Assembly: GCA_022821585.1 (NCBI GenBank)
Contig: JAJEDI010000091.1
Location: forward strand, 49,547 to 113,546
Direction of reading: 5' to 3'
Origin: Caldilineaceae bacterium
GTDB lineage: Bacteria; Chloroflexota; Anaerolineae; Caldilineales; Caldilineaceae
DNA: 64,000 nucleotides
Shown: piece by piece, positions 27,812 through 37,814 of the stretch
How positions within the stretch are numbered: position 1 is the first letter of the stretch
Layout: every line of letters starts with the position of its first letter
Position numbers and translations under genes: made by a program
The notes under the pieces: model-generated
Database searches by the model: none
Told to the model about the DNA's origin: nothing
What the model saw: only the letters and a program-made list of their open reading frames with translations

Positions 27812-28078
27812 GTCTTCCTCCCAATGGTATGGCCTCTGTGCGGCATGATGACGCCGAAGCGCCGGCCAACTTGAGAATGCACCTAAGGCCATCACTCAGA
27901 ATAATGGGCCGCATTTACAAGTTGATTGCCCGACTCGTATTTTAACCCATAGGGTGGAAAAGCTAAAGACTTTCTCCCTCGATCTTGCCGGTGGAAACGC
28001 TGTTTCAGCATCTTGTATGACTATGTTAGAGTAGAAGTTCAGGCCGTAAAGATAAGTTCCATAGGAGTAGGAGAAGAC

Positions 28079-28891
28079 ATGTCGACGATTCGTAACCGCC
28101 TATGGCAACAGTACCAGGAGGCCGCCCAGTCTGTCTGGGAGTTGCCCCCCGCAGGTCAGAGCATCGAAGGGACGGTGCCGTTGCCCCCTGTTTCTCCCAT
28201 GGAGCAGACAAAGCGAAGCCGAACCGTCCTTGTGCATGGCTACAAGGACGAAGCATCGGTATTTAACCCCCTTGCCTCGTACCTGTCCGAACTGGGGCTG
28301 GAGCCCCACGCGGTCACGCTAGCCCCCAGCGATTGCAGCGTACCAATGGAGACTCTCGCTCAGCAACTGGCTGAATTTATAGACCGGAGTTTCCTTTCCT
28401 ACCAGAAGCTCGACTTCGTCGGTTTCAGCCTCGGCGGCATCGTAGCACGCTACTACATTCAGCGCATGGGAGGACTGGCCCGGACCAACCGCCTGCTGAC
28501 TGTCGCCGCTCCCCATCACGGCACTTTGATGGCTTACTTAAGCAGCCTTCCTGCCGCCTTACAGTTGCGCCCCAACAGTGATTTCCTTCTTGATTTGAAT
28601 TCCGACGCCGATAGCCTCACAAGCATCCCGTTCGTCTCACTTTGGAGCCCTTTCGACCTCATGATTCTGCCGCCCGTCAACTCACGCATGCCCGTAGCCA
28701 GCAACATGTCGGTGTGGACACTGCGGCACCAGGCATTGATTACGAGCCGGCGCGGGATTCGAACAATTGCGGAGCAGCTACTGGCTCAGGTGCAAAACGT
28801 TCCCAGCCCTACTTTCCTTGATTTGGCAGGTCGTCCTGCCCTCTCGCGTCGGACCGCGGGTGAAGGTTTCGAACTGCAACGGCAGAGCTGA
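28079..28891 (+). CDS. alpha/beta hydrolase (class 2 lipase / PGAP1-like esterase)
   Basis: Internal ATG of ORF 28013..28891 with a GGAGTAGGAG SD. TVLVHGYKDEASVF is followed by the nucleophile elbow GFSLGG. Confidence 0.8.
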   Translation: MSTIRNRLWQQYQEAAQSVWELPPAGQSIEGTVPLPPVSPMEQTKRSRTVLVHGYKDEASVFNPLASYLSELGLEPHAVTLAPSDCSVPMETLAQQLAEFIDRSFLSYQKLDFVGFSLGGIVARYYIQRMGGLARTNRLLTVAAPHHGTLMAYLSSLPAALQLRPNSDFLLDLNSDADSLTSIPFVSLWSPFDLMILPPVNSRMPVASNMSVWTLRHQALITSRRGIRTIAEQLLAQVQNVPSPTFLDLAGRPALSRRTAGEGFELQRQS

Positions 28892-28916
28892 ACTGCTGCT
28901 TTTCATCCTACTTCGC

Positions 28917-29597
28917 TTACCCTGATCTGGAAGCAGGCAGATCATTAAACTCCCCGGCAGCCTTCTTGAATCTGAGCATCAGCGCTCTTACCTTCTCGGG
29001 ATCCCGGCGACCCCGCCGAGCCTCCACGCCGCTGCATAGGTCAATCCCGTGAGGCCGTACTGTGCTGACGGCGTCAGCGACGTTGTCCGGGTTTATCCCG
29101 CCGGCCAGAAAGATGGGGATGTCGATCACTTCCTTTAGATCAGCCACCGCCTCCCAGTCACCGACTTTGCCCGTCCCTCCTAACCTTTCGAAACCCTCAC
29201 TGGAGTCAACTGAATCGACAAGCAGAGCGTCTGCGCCTGCTTCGGCATACTCCTCGGGTGTTGCCTGCCCGTCCAGACCCTTAAAGTGGACCGTTTTCCA
29301 GATCTCGCAGGACAAGGAACTCTTCAACTCCTTAACCAGCGCAGGCGTCTCGTGGCAAAGGAGTTGCAGCGCGTGAGGGCGGAGAGTTCTGGTGACTTCG
29401 TTTGCAAACTCCATGCTCGGATTGCAAAGCAAAATCACATTCTTCACGCCCGATGCTTGCGCCACTGCCTTGGCTTCTTTCAGCGACAGGCTTCTTTCCG
29501 ACCACTCAACGCCTATCAGAATGCCGCAGAAGTCTGCCTGTCGGCCCATCCTCGCATCCTCTGCACTTGTGGTTCCACAAAGTTTAAGGACAGTCAT
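28917..29597 (-). CDS. trpF: phosphoribosylanthranilate isomerase-like protein
   Basis: Internal ATG of ORF 28917..29843. MTVLKLCGTTSAEDA..ADFCGILIGVEWSERSLSLKEA..GGTGKVGDW..IPIFLAGGINPDNV..GIDLCSGVE matches the TrpF (beta/alpha)8 pattern. No other trp genes are in the window. Confidence 0.75.
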   Translation of the reverse strand: MTVLKLCGTTSAEDARMGRQADFCGILIGVEWSERSLSLKEAKAVAQASGVKNVILLCNPSMEFANEVTRTLRPHALQLLCHETPALVKELKSSLSCEIWKTVHFKGLDGQATPEEYAEAGADALLVDSVDSSEGFERLGGTGKVGDWEAVADLKEVIDIPIFLAGGINPDNVADAVSTVRPHGIDLCSGVEARRGRRDPEKVRALMLRFKKAAGEFNDLPASRSG

Positions 29598-29707
29598 CGT
29601 TCCAACTCCGCTTTCACTTCTTTCCTCTTGAGCGGAACCGATCCGCAATCGGTGAAATCCAGCACTACTCATTCGGGGCAGGCGTCGCGGATACAGTACA
29701 CTGTTTC

Positions 29708-30685
29708 TTACACCCTCCTGAAACCATGGTTGTTTGCCTTGGTCAAAATGGCTTCCCCGCCACCTCTGGACGACAACCATTCCTTGGCCCTGTCTCGCAG
29801 CGCCGATAGATCTTCGCCAAAAGCGAAGAGAGTCGGGCCCCAACTGCTCATTCCCACCCCTTTCCCGCCGTTGGACCGCAGGAAGTCAACGCACTCCGCA
29901 ACCAGAGGACCCTGGGTTTCGGCTTCAAATACCTTAAACCCGAGTCCCTGGTATGCCTCCATCGCCAGCCCAAAGGTCTCCAGGTCGGACTCCAGGACTG
30001 CAGGCAGCATCTGTGTCAGCAGAATACGGCACATCTTCTCCACGTCTCTCGCCGGAACCGGGCAGGCCTCCTCGAACAGATCCCGTTCGCGGTCCCCGCT
30101 TGCGCCCTCGCCCTGAGGAATGACGATCAGTACGTCCCAGGAAGGAAACTCGTATCGGGCCAGCAGAGGTGGTGGCGGCACACCAACAGAGGCTGAAGAG
30201 GGCGAGTAACCGGACTTGCTGCCTTCCCCTCGCCCGAACCTGTGCCCTCCGTCCAGAATGAATCCGCCGTGCTGGATGGCGGCGATGCCGATTCCGGAGG
30301 TTCCTCCCCGTCCGACCAACCCTGCGATCTCAACTGGGCTCGGACACAGGCCGTAGAGCGCGCAGATGGCCATCCCTGCGCCCACGAGCGACTGGGAAGC
30401 GCTGCCCAAGCCTGAATGGGGCCGGGCCCTTTCACTGACTGCGATTCGCGCGCCGGGAAGCCGGTAATGTGCACAGACGGCGTGGACGGCTGACTCCAGA
30501 CGCCCTTCGAAGCCTGGTTCCATCGGGCTAGCGGCTTCGCAGGTCTGGCTGCGCTTGGCGGAAATCACTGTCCTGGGTTTATCGAGAGCGAGACCGATCC
30601 CGCCGTCAATGCGGCCCAGGCCACCGTGCAGGTCCAGAAGGCCGAAGTGTAGGCGGGCAGGAGTCTGAATTACGATTTCTTCCAT
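29708..30685 (-). CDS. GHMP-kinase-fold protein of the beta-ribofuranosylaminobenzene 5'-phosphate (beta-RFAP) synthase family
   Basis: Internal ATG of ORF 29708..30754. The N-terminus IQTPARLHFGLLDLHGGLGRIDGGIGLAL is typical of beta-RFAP-synthase-like proteins, and the GHMP motif is PHSGLGSASQ. Confidence 0.65.
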   Translation of the reverse strand: MEEIVIQTPARLHFGLLDLHGGLGRIDGGIGLALDKPRTVISAKRSQTCEAASPMEPGFEGRLESAVHAVCAHYRLPGARIAVSERARPHSGLGSASQSLVGAGMAICALYGLCPSPVEIAGLVGRGGTSGIGIAAIQHGGFILDGGHRFGRGEGSKSGYSPSSASVGVPPPPLLARYEFPSWDVLIVIPQGEGASGDRERDLFEEACPVPARDVEKMCRILLTQMLPAVLESDLETFGLAMEAYQGLGFKVFEAETQGPLVAECVDFLRSNGGKGVGMSSWGPTLFAFGEDLSALRDRAKEWLSSRGGGEAILTKANNHGFRRV

Positions 30686-30804
30686 GATAGCGTGGGTTGA
30701 ATGGGTCCGATTGTGTTTGAGTTGCCACCCTGTTGAACCTATAGGACGAGTCAAGCCTCAGGAATACGTGTGCGAAGGCGGCTCTTCGGATTATCGCACG
30801 CCTA

Positions 30805-33774
30805 TCAGATAGTCTCACCCATTTTGATGGCATGTGTAACTTGCGAACGCATCAGAGAGACTGTAAGAAGAGCTGTGGAGAAAAAGTATAGGATTCCAAG
30901 TATGAGATAGACCTGGTAGACGCGCGGCCAGGCGATCTGAGGCGCCAACGGCAACAGCGTTGGCATGGGGCCGATGCCGCTCTGCAGAAATGGAATAAAG
31001 GCGCCGCTGGTCCAGATTCCTATCCCCGTACCAACTGTCAGCCCGAAAAGGAGTAGGACGATGAGCTCCCAACCCATGAGCGATATGACCTCTTGGGGCG
31101 TAAACCCGAGGGCGCGCAAAACGCCTGTTTCGATTGCCCGTTCGCGGAATGATGACACGGTGAAAAGGACAAATCCCAGAATGGTCAATAGCGTGCAGGC
31201 AATGAATCCGATTGAAAGCAGCCCTACGACGCCTTGAAACTCAGGCCGGCGCAGGGCCTGCAAAACCCAAGGACCCGGCGCTTCCCAACCCAGTATGCGA
31301 AACCCTTTGTCACGCAGCTCCTTTTCAATCAGTGAGTAATCCGGATCAGGTTCGGTCCTCAGCCAGACGTCGAAAGGAAACTGTCCTCCGGCGCTCTCAA
31401 AAACGTAATCCAGGTTGCCCACGATAGCAGGTCCGTGCTCAGGTTCCCAGGATGGAAACCTGTCGAAGCTACCGACGATCAGAAATTCGATTGGCGCTTC
31501 CAACCACGTCAGTTCCTTCCGCTGCTCGGGAATCGACACGACAACACGCAGGTCGTCGCCCTCTTTTAGGACCATCCTTTGCAGGAAGCTGTTGGGGACC
31601 AGCACACCGTTTGGCGCCAGTGCCAAGGAGTTCATGAGCGAACCCAAGCTGCTGTGCGCAAAGTCACTTCGCCAGAAGACGACTTCGGGAAAGTCAACCC
31701 TGTCGATTCCAATGAAATGGCCTTCCAGTTTCCACTGACCGACCTCGGCGAGAGCCCTATACCGCCCCACCCTTGCAACGGCCTGCACGCCGGGGGCGTC
31801 TCTGTGTTCGGCAAGCGGCAGAAATGACCACGAAGTGTATCCCTCTGCGGATGTCGACTCCTGACTGAAGTTCCCGGCCTCGGAACCCTTATTGCCGCTT
31901 GAGGAGTCCAGTCCCAAGGGATCGATTTCGATACTTTCTCCCACCTCCGTCAGGCGCATGTCTGCTCCGAATCGGTACCGGATTTCCGCAGCAATCTGCT
32001 TGCCCATCGTTTGCGCCAGCGAAGCCGTGAACACAGCCAGACTAAGAGTTAGAATGAGTAGAAGTAGGGGAATCCGGTAGCTTCCAGTCGACCGGGCGAG
32101 TCGGCGCACTGCGAGCAGCAGTCCAAGTCCCTCCAGATGCCTGGAGAGCCAGGAGATCGCCAGCATTAGAGGAGTCAGCGCGCGCACGCCGAAGAGTGCA
32201 AAACCGAGAAGCCAGAGAACCGGGGTGATGAAGAGAAGAGGATCGAGCATTGGTCCGACGCCGTCCGCGTCGTCTGCTCCCGGAGAAACCAGGCCACCCT
32301 GACTGCTCAGTCTGAACAATCCATACCCGGCCGCCAGCAGTATGAGCAGATCGAGGGCGAGACCGTGCCGCCACCTCCAGCGGCCACGGGCGCGCTCTTG
32401 CCGGTAGGAAGCCAGCGTGTGACGGGTCGCGTCCAGCGTTGGCACCAAAATGAACAGCAGGGCCAGGCCGACAGTCACAATGGCTATTCGCTCAACCGAG
32501 GGAGTAATCGTCATCTGAGATCCTGAGGAACCGCCGAATTCCAGGAATCCCTGTGTCCTGTCGATTACCTGGGCAACTCTGCTGCCGACCGGCACGCCGC
32601 CTGCCCAGCCAATCCCACCCAGCACCAGCGCCTCCAGTGCCACCATGATGGCTAACTGACTTGCCGACGCGCCGCGGCTGCGCAACAGAGATATTTCGGC
32701 TCGTCGCCTCTCCACATAGACCCCGGCAACGAGCCACAGATAGGCTACAATCGCACCGAAAATCGGTAGTGCAATGACAAATAGTGACTGTGTCATCGCC
32801 TGTGCAGCCCGCTGATATCGTTCTAGTCCCGAGCTGCTGGGAGCAACAATCAAGGAAGTGCCGGATAGCAGCGAGGCGGCCCTTTGGTCGACGCGCCGCA
32901 GCCTTTCCAAGAACGCACTCGCCTCTCTGACTTCAAACTGTTCTCCGTCCAATACCATGTACCAGGCACCAACAGCAATCTCGCCCTTCATCGCGGAGCC
33001 AATCTGCCGTGCAAAGGCCTCCTCCGAAACCAGCAACTGGTCCCTTATCAGTGCAAATGGGTTGTAGAACCAGTACTCGTCGTTCCGGTTCGTCATCTGC
33101 CAGATGCCCACGACACGGAAAGGAATCTGGATTGACTTGTCTTCAGAGTCGGCGCTCTCATCTGAAAAGGCGACAAAGGTCTCGCCGACTTGCCACCCCA
33201 TCTTTTGGGCCAGATTGATATTGATGATTACTTCGACTGGGGCGCTTCGACTCGAGAACAGACCGCTGCCGGCAGCAAACCGGCCTTCCAACATTGTTAC
33301 TTTCTGTTCCAGGTTGCTTTGGAAGGCGAAACTCAGATCAGCTGTGGGAGAATGCGCGATCGCATTTGTCTCTGAGTCCTGGGGAAAAATGGAGTATGGT
33401 ACCGTCTGAAAGAATTGGACATCGACGATACGCGGCAGTCCCAAATCGCCTGCCGCCTGTTTTGTGAGAAAAGTGTCAACCGACAGAACATCATCCCACT
33501 CGGCGTACCCATGTTTGGCACCCAGGAAATGAAACATGAACGCGAAGGGAGGGTAGTTCTTGGTCTTTTCGTGTAACTCCTTGCGCAGCAGGCGGACATA
33601 GACGGCGTTGCTGTAGGTCGGAATGCTGGTGGTGAATGAAACGGCGGCCAGCAGGCCCACTGAAATTGCGACAGCCAGCCAGGCTTCGGCTTTCAATCGC
33701 TTGGCGGCGAGTAAGACGGGACTGATTGCCGGGCCGATTCGCCTGAAGCACTGTGCCCACATTCGCCTCAACAT
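30805..33774 (-). CDS. large FtsX-family ABC transporter permease (two FtsX modules, MacB/YbbP-like architecture)
   Basis: 989 aa. The N-terminal TM is followed by a large extracytoplasmic domain, then TM bundles. The FtsX-type C-terminal module is RAIETGVLRALGFTPQEVISLMGWELIVLLLFGLTVGTGIGIW, and an internal module is RRAEISLLRSRGASASQLAIMVALEAL. Confidence 0.8.
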   Translation of the reverse strand: MLRRMWAQCFRRIGPAISPVLLAAKRLKAEAWLAVAISVGLLAAVSFTTSIPTYSNAVYVRLLRKELHEKTKNYPPFAFMFHFLGAKHGYAEWDDVLSVDTFLTKQAAGDLGLPRIVDVQFFQTVPYSIFPQDSETNAIAHSPTADLSFAFQSNLEQKVTMLEGRFAAGSGLFSSRSAPVEVIININLAQKMGWQVGETFVAFSDESADSEDKSIQIPFRVVGIWQMTNRNDEYWFYNPFALIRDQLLVSEEAFARQIGSAMKGEIAVGAWYMVLDGEQFEVREASAFLERLRRVDQRAASLLSGTSLIVAPSSSGLERYQRAAQAMTQSLFVIALPIFGAIVAYLWLVAGVYVERRRAEISLLRSRGASASQLAIMVALEALVLGGIGWAGGVPVGSRVAQVIDRTQGFLEFGGSSGSQMTITPSVERIAIVTVGLALLFILVPTLDATRHTLASYRQERARGRWRWRHGLALDLLILLAAGYGLFRLSSQGGLVSPGADDADGVGPMLDPLLFITPVLWLLGFALFGVRALTPLMLAISWLSRHLEGLGLLLAVRRLARSTGSYRIPLLLLILTLSLAVFTASLAQTMGKQIAAEIRYRFGADMRLTEVGESIEIDPLGLDSSSGNKGSEAGNFSQESTSAEGYTSWSFLPLAEHRDAPGVQAVARVGRYRALAEVGQWKLEGHFIGIDRVDFPEVVFWRSDFAHSSLGSLMNSLALAPNGVLVPNSFLQRMVLKEGDDLRVVVSIPEQRKELTWLEAPIEFLIVGSFDRFPSWEPEHGPAIVGNLDYVFESAGGQFPFDVWLRTEPDPDYSLIEKELRDKGFRILGWEAPGPWVLQALRRPEFQGVVGLLSIGFIACTLLTILGFVLFTVSSFRERAIETGVLRALGFTPQEVISLMGWELIVLLLFGLTVGTGIGIWTSGAFIPFLQSGIGPMPTLLPLAPQIAWPRVYQVYLILGILYFFSTALLTVSLMRSQVTHAIKMGETI

Positions 33775-33795
33775 GGCCGCCTTGACTCTGACATC

Positions 33796-34545
33796 CTATG
33801 GCGAGCGTTTTCCCATAATCATGGCGACGACTTCGGTCTCCGTCGCCTCATCTCTGGAACGTGTGCCCAAAAGGTCACCGTGAAACATGACCGATATATA
33901 GTCGGCAATTTCGAAGACCTGCTGAATATTGTGACTGATGAGAATGATGGTTTTGCCTTGCGCTCGCAGAGTGCCGATCAGCTGCAGGACTTCCTGGGTC
34001 TGTTCGACGCCCAGGGCAGCCGTAGGCTCGTCCATGATTATGATTTCACCCCCGCGAATCAGAGCACGACCAACCGCAACGGCCTGGCGCTGACCCCCGG
34101 AGAGGTTGCGAACCATTTCGCGTACATTCGGAATGCGGGCATGGATGTCGTCGAGGACCTTGTGCGCTTGGCGCAGCATGCCCTTGTGGTCCAGAAAGAT
34201 CTGCCCGGGCCCGCGGGTTAGCTCACTTCCCAAAAACATGTTCATCACCACATCCCGGTTTTCGACCAAGGCCAAGTCCTGGTATACCGCGGCGATGCCA
34301 AGCCCGAATGCTCCGGCGGGCCCACCGATGCGAGTCTCCTGTCCGCGCACGCGGAAGCCCCCGGCGTTCGGTTGCAGAGCGCCGCTGATCAGTTTGATCA
34401 AGGTAGATTTGCCAGCGCCGTTGTCCCCGACCAGAGCGTTTACGCGCCCCGAGTAGACCTTCCAACTGACCGATCGCACAGCGTGAACCGCGCCAAAGGA
34501 CTTGTCCAGGTCGACCGTTTCCAAAATTACTTCGTCGCTCGCCAT
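33796..34545 (-). CDS. CUT2-type sugar ABC transporter ATP-binding protein (single NBD)
   Basis: Walker A GDNGAGKST, AAVYQDLALVENRDVVMNMFLG, signature LSGGQRQAV, Walker B IIIMDEPTAAL. Confidence 0.9.
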   Translation of the reverse strand: MASDEVILETVDLDKSFGAVHAVRSVSWKVYSGRVNALVGDNGAGKSTLIKLISGALQPNAGGFRVRGQETRIGGPAGAFGLGIAAVYQDLALVENRDVVMNMFLGSELTRGPGQIFLDHKGMLRQAHKVLDDIHARIPNVREMVRNLSGGQRQAVAVGRALIRGGEIIIMDEPTAALGVEQTQEVLQLIGTLRAQGKTIILISHNIQQVFEIADYISVMFHGDLLGTRSRDEATETEVVAMIMGKRSP

Positions 34546-34579
34546 GCGCTACTCCGTATACGATGCAGATGTTCCGGTC

Positions 34580-35575
34580 TCAGGTCATGCGCGCACGAAG
34601 CACACTGAGGATAACGGCCAGGACCAAGGCAAATCCGCGTACAATCAGTATGATGCCGGTGGGAACATCCATGAGCTGCAGCCCGTTGCCCAGAATTGTC
34701 AGAAAAAGAACGGCTACGAGATTGCGTTCGATCCGCCCGACGCCGCCAAAAAGGCTGAAGCCTCCCAACAGGACGGCGGTGAGAGCTGTGACGAAATCCA
34801 CGCTGCCAGCTATAGCCAGCCCAAACATGGCTGACTGCTTCGCTCTAGCCGTTACGAGTATGGCTGTCAGTGCCGCGGTCAGGGCGGAAATCACCAATGC
34901 GATGCGGATCACCCTGTCAACCGGTACACCGCTCAGGAGCGACGCCCGGTAGTCTGCACCTGTAGCGTAAATGTGTGCTCCCAACTTCGTCTGGGTCAAC
35001 ATGATGTAACCAACAATGTAGCATAAGAACATGATCCAGACCGACGAAGGGATGCCGAATACACGAATGAAGACTGCTTCCTGCAGTCCTTCGCGGGCGA
35101 TCGTAATCGTTTGGCCCCCACTGAGAAACAGAGCGATTGCCAGCATCACTCCTTGCGTGGCCAGAGTCGCCACAAAGGCGACGATCTTCCCGTTTACGAC
35201 AATAAGCCCGTTAAACAGTCCTGCGGCGATTCCGGCCAGGAGAGCGAAAATCACCGTTAGCGGGAGAGAGAATCCCGCTTCCTCGAACAGGAGCGCCGTA
35301 GTAACTGTGGCTACAGCCAAAACACCTTGCGTTGAGGTGTCGATCTGTCCGGCAAGGATAGCTACCGTGTAGCCGGCCGTAACGATGCCGGCCAATGAGG
35401 CGCTGATCAGGATGTTCACAAGGTTGCGAGGGGTGAAGAAGTAGGGGGCGAGAAATATGAACGCGACAAATAAAAGGACCGTTACGACGTAGATTCCATT
35501 GTCCATCAGGAACAAGAGCTGCTCCCGCCTCCGCCCCGCAATCGCCAGTTCGCCTTGCGTGAATCGCCCTAACAC
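34580..35575 (-). CDS. sugar ABC transporter permease (ribose/xylose-type, BPD_transp_2)
   Basis: 331 aa and polytopic. GQIDTSTQGVLAVATV and TGADYRASLLSGVPVDR are typical of RbsC-like permeases. Confidence 0.9.
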   Translation of the reverse strand: MLGRFTQGELAIAGRRREQLLFLMDNGIYVVTVLLFVAFIFLAPYFFTPRNLVNILISASLAGIVTAGYTVAILAGQIDTSTQGVLAVATVTTALLFEEAGFSLPLTVIFALLAGIAAGLFNGLIVVNGKIVAFVATLATQGVMLAIALFLSGGQTITIAREGLQEAVFIRVFGIPSSVWIMFLCYIVGYIMLTQTKLGAHIYATGADYRASLLSGVPVDRVIRIALVISALTAALTAILVTARAKQSAMFGLAIAGSVDFVTALTAVLLGGFSLFGGVGRIERNLVAVLFLTILGNGLQLMDVPTGIILIVRGFALVLAVILSVLRARMT

Positions 35576-35586
35576 CTGACCGTCCC

Positions 35587-36603
35587 TTATCGTGTCGCCA
35601 GTTGCTGGCGAATGCTGTCCAGCAATATGGCAAAAACAAACGCCGACCCGAATATCAGCTGCCGCACCGGAGCCGCAACATTCAGGATGCCCAGGCCTAT
35701 CGTCAAAGTGGACAAGAACAAGAGTCCGATCAACGTGCGCTCGATCTTGCCGCTGCCACCGGATAGGGCTACGCCCGCAAACAGGGCCGCGGTCAGCGAC
35801 TGCCCCAGTCCTTCAACACCAGGTTGCGCAGCCAGCTGCCGGCCCGCAATCAGGATCCCGGCCATACCGGTGATGACCGCATTCACAACCAACACGATGC
35901 GCGCAATTCGGATGGCGTTGATGCCGTTAAGGGCGGCGGCAGCCGGATTGCCGCCCATGGCATAGATGTGCGCGCCGAACCGGGTCTGGTTCAATACGAC
36001 CCACCCGATGGCATAGGCGACAAACATCATGGGAATGACAAAGGGGACGCCAAGAATCTCGAAATTGGCGATATCACGCAAAGGCGGGCGTACCAGCCGG
36101 ATCATACCAGGCTGGTCAGTCAGATCGATAATGAGAAAGCCGATTCCCCCACAGACGACGCCGACGGCCAGAGTGGACACGAATGAGGGTATGCCTTGCT
36201 GGATCAGGTAGCTGCTCAGTAGGCCAACCGAAATCGTCAGAACCACAGTAAGGGCCAGCGCGACCCCGAGCGGCCACTCCAGCAGTTGGAAGACGGCCGC
36301 AAACATCAGCGAAGCCATGCCGCCAACCTGCGCTGTTGACAAGTCGATCTGCCCTGAGATGAGAGTTATCGTGTAGGAAGCAAGTACGATTCCCGCAGGG
36401 CCGCTCAGGCGCAGTATCGCCTCCATCGTTCTCGTCCTGATGAAGAGATCCGGGGCCGCGACCGCAAACAATATAAACTCCAGTGCGAAAGCGATGAACA
36501 GCCCGTTGTCCAGCAGGAACTGGACGACCCGTTTGCGGCGATTCCTGGCGTCGCTACTCGTAACCAGCGCGCCAGCCCGATGTATCGGACTTTGCGGAGC
36601 CAT
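35587..36603 (-). CDS. sugar ABC transporter permease (ribose/xylose-type, BPD_transp_2)
   Basis: 338 aa, with GQIDLSTAQVGGMASL and MGGNPAAAALNGINAIR. Confidence 0.9.
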   Translation of the reverse strand: MAPQSPIHRAGALVTSSDARNRRKRVVQFLLDNGLFIAFALEFILFAVAAPDLFIRTRTMEAILRLSGPAGIVLASYTITLISGQIDLSTAQVGGMASLMFAAVFQLLEWPLGVALALTVVLTISVGLLSSYLIQQGIPSFVSTLAVGVVCGGIGFLIIDLTDQPGMIRLVRPPLRDIANFEILGVPFVIPMMFVAYAIGWVVLNQTRFGAHIYAMGGNPAAAALNGINAIRIARIVLVVNAVITGMAGILIAGRQLAAQPGVEGLGQSLTAALFAGVALSGGSGKIERTLIGLLFLSTLTIGLGILNVAAPVRQLIFGSAFVFAILLDSIRQQLATR

Positions 36604-36710
36604 GCCGGTACGCTACCTCTTATGTAGGGAAATGGGGGTCAAGTCAAATATAGAGAGGGTGAGGCTAAGACTAGCCTCACCCTCAAAATCCTGTCAGGCG
36701 AGGGTCGATC

Positions 36711-37814
36711 CTACTCGGACTCGTACAGTTCTGCGTAGCGCTGATCGACCGTCTCCTGGGTGATCGCCTTTCGCACCTGGTAGGTCTCAAAGGGCAGGCC
36801 TTCCAATGTTGCAAGCGCAACTTCGACCCAGCCCCAGCCCTCGCAGTATGGCTGAAATTCTATGAAGCCGTAGTAGCCCATCGGCCGCGTCTTCAGGAAC
36901 TTTGCCGGCGGTTCATCGCCTCCGAGCGTAACGAGCATGACGTCCGCTTCGTTACCCGCTTCGGCGACCGCATTGTACGGGCCTATGCCGAGGCCGTCCC
37001 AACAGGGAATCATCGCGAACACGCCTTCAGGGTTCGCCGTCATGGCGTCGTTCACCATGTCTTCGGCCGAGCGGCCTGTGGTCAGATCCGCCATGAGGAC
37101 ATGGTCGTCATCCAATTCCATAGCCTCCTGGAAAGTGGAGGCAGCCGAGCCTGTGCGCGTAACGCAGGCCGGAATGCCGCCGTGGGTCAACTCGATGAAG
37201 AACAGCTCACGGCCTGCCCAGTCTTCCTGCTGTCGCTTTCTGACGCCCTCCACAAGCAACTCCGCACCCCGCATGCCGGCGATCCCGTCGGGAATGCCGT
37301 ATACGATGGGCGTGTATTCGCTGGGACCGTTGTCGATGCCGATGAATTGAATGCCTTCATCAAGTGCACGCAGAGCCAGGCCTTCATATACATTCGGGCC
37401 GTGCGCGCCGACTATGCTCAGGTCGTTTAGCAGCAGCGTCTCCAGAAGGTCCGGCTCAGTGGAGTAGTCGCCGGCCGCGTCGGACTCGAAGAATTCCACA
37501 CCATAGAACGCTGCGGCTGATTTCATCGCGCCCGACCACTCACCGAAGAAGGGATGAGCCAGGTTGGGATTGATGAATCCAAGGCGCCAGGGCTGGGAGA
37601 ATTCTGTTGGAAGCGCAGCCAATGGCTTGCACTGGTGCGGTGCAGTCTGAGCCTCGATGGCGGCCGCTTCATGGAAGGTGACAGATCTTGGCGTCGCCGT
37701 GACGTCTACGACACGCGTCACTTCGACTTCTACGGTCTGGGTCTCGCACGCCGTCAACACGATCACGGCAAGTGCCAAAACCAAGGCCGCCAGTAGATAC
37801 TTCTTGCTCTTCAT
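36711..37814 (-). CDS. sugar ABC transporter substrate-binding lipoprotein (periplasmic-binding-protein type I fold)
   Basis: Internal ATG of ORF 36711..37868 gives MKSKKYLLAALVLALAVIVLTAC (lipobox), preceded by AAAGGAGAGG. It is the first gene of the CUT2 operon. Confidence 0.85.
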   Translation of the reverse strand: MKSKKYLLAALVLALAVIVLTACETQTVEVEVTRVVDVTATPRSVTFHEAAAIEAQTAPHQCKPLAALPTEFSQPWRLGFINPNLAHPFFGEWSGAMKSAAAFYGVEFFESDAAGDYSTEPDLLETLLLNDLSIVGAHGPNVYEGLALRALDEGIQFIGIDNGPSEYTPIVYGIPDGIAGMRGAELLVEGVRKRQQEDWAGRELFFIELTHGGIPACVTRTGSAASTFQEAMELDDDHVLMADLTTGRSAEDMVNDAMTANPEGVFAMIPCWDGLGIGPYNAVAEAGNEADVMLVTLGGDEPPAKFLKTRPMGYYGFIEFQPYCEGWGWVEVALATLEGLPFETYQVRKAITQETVDQRYAELYESE

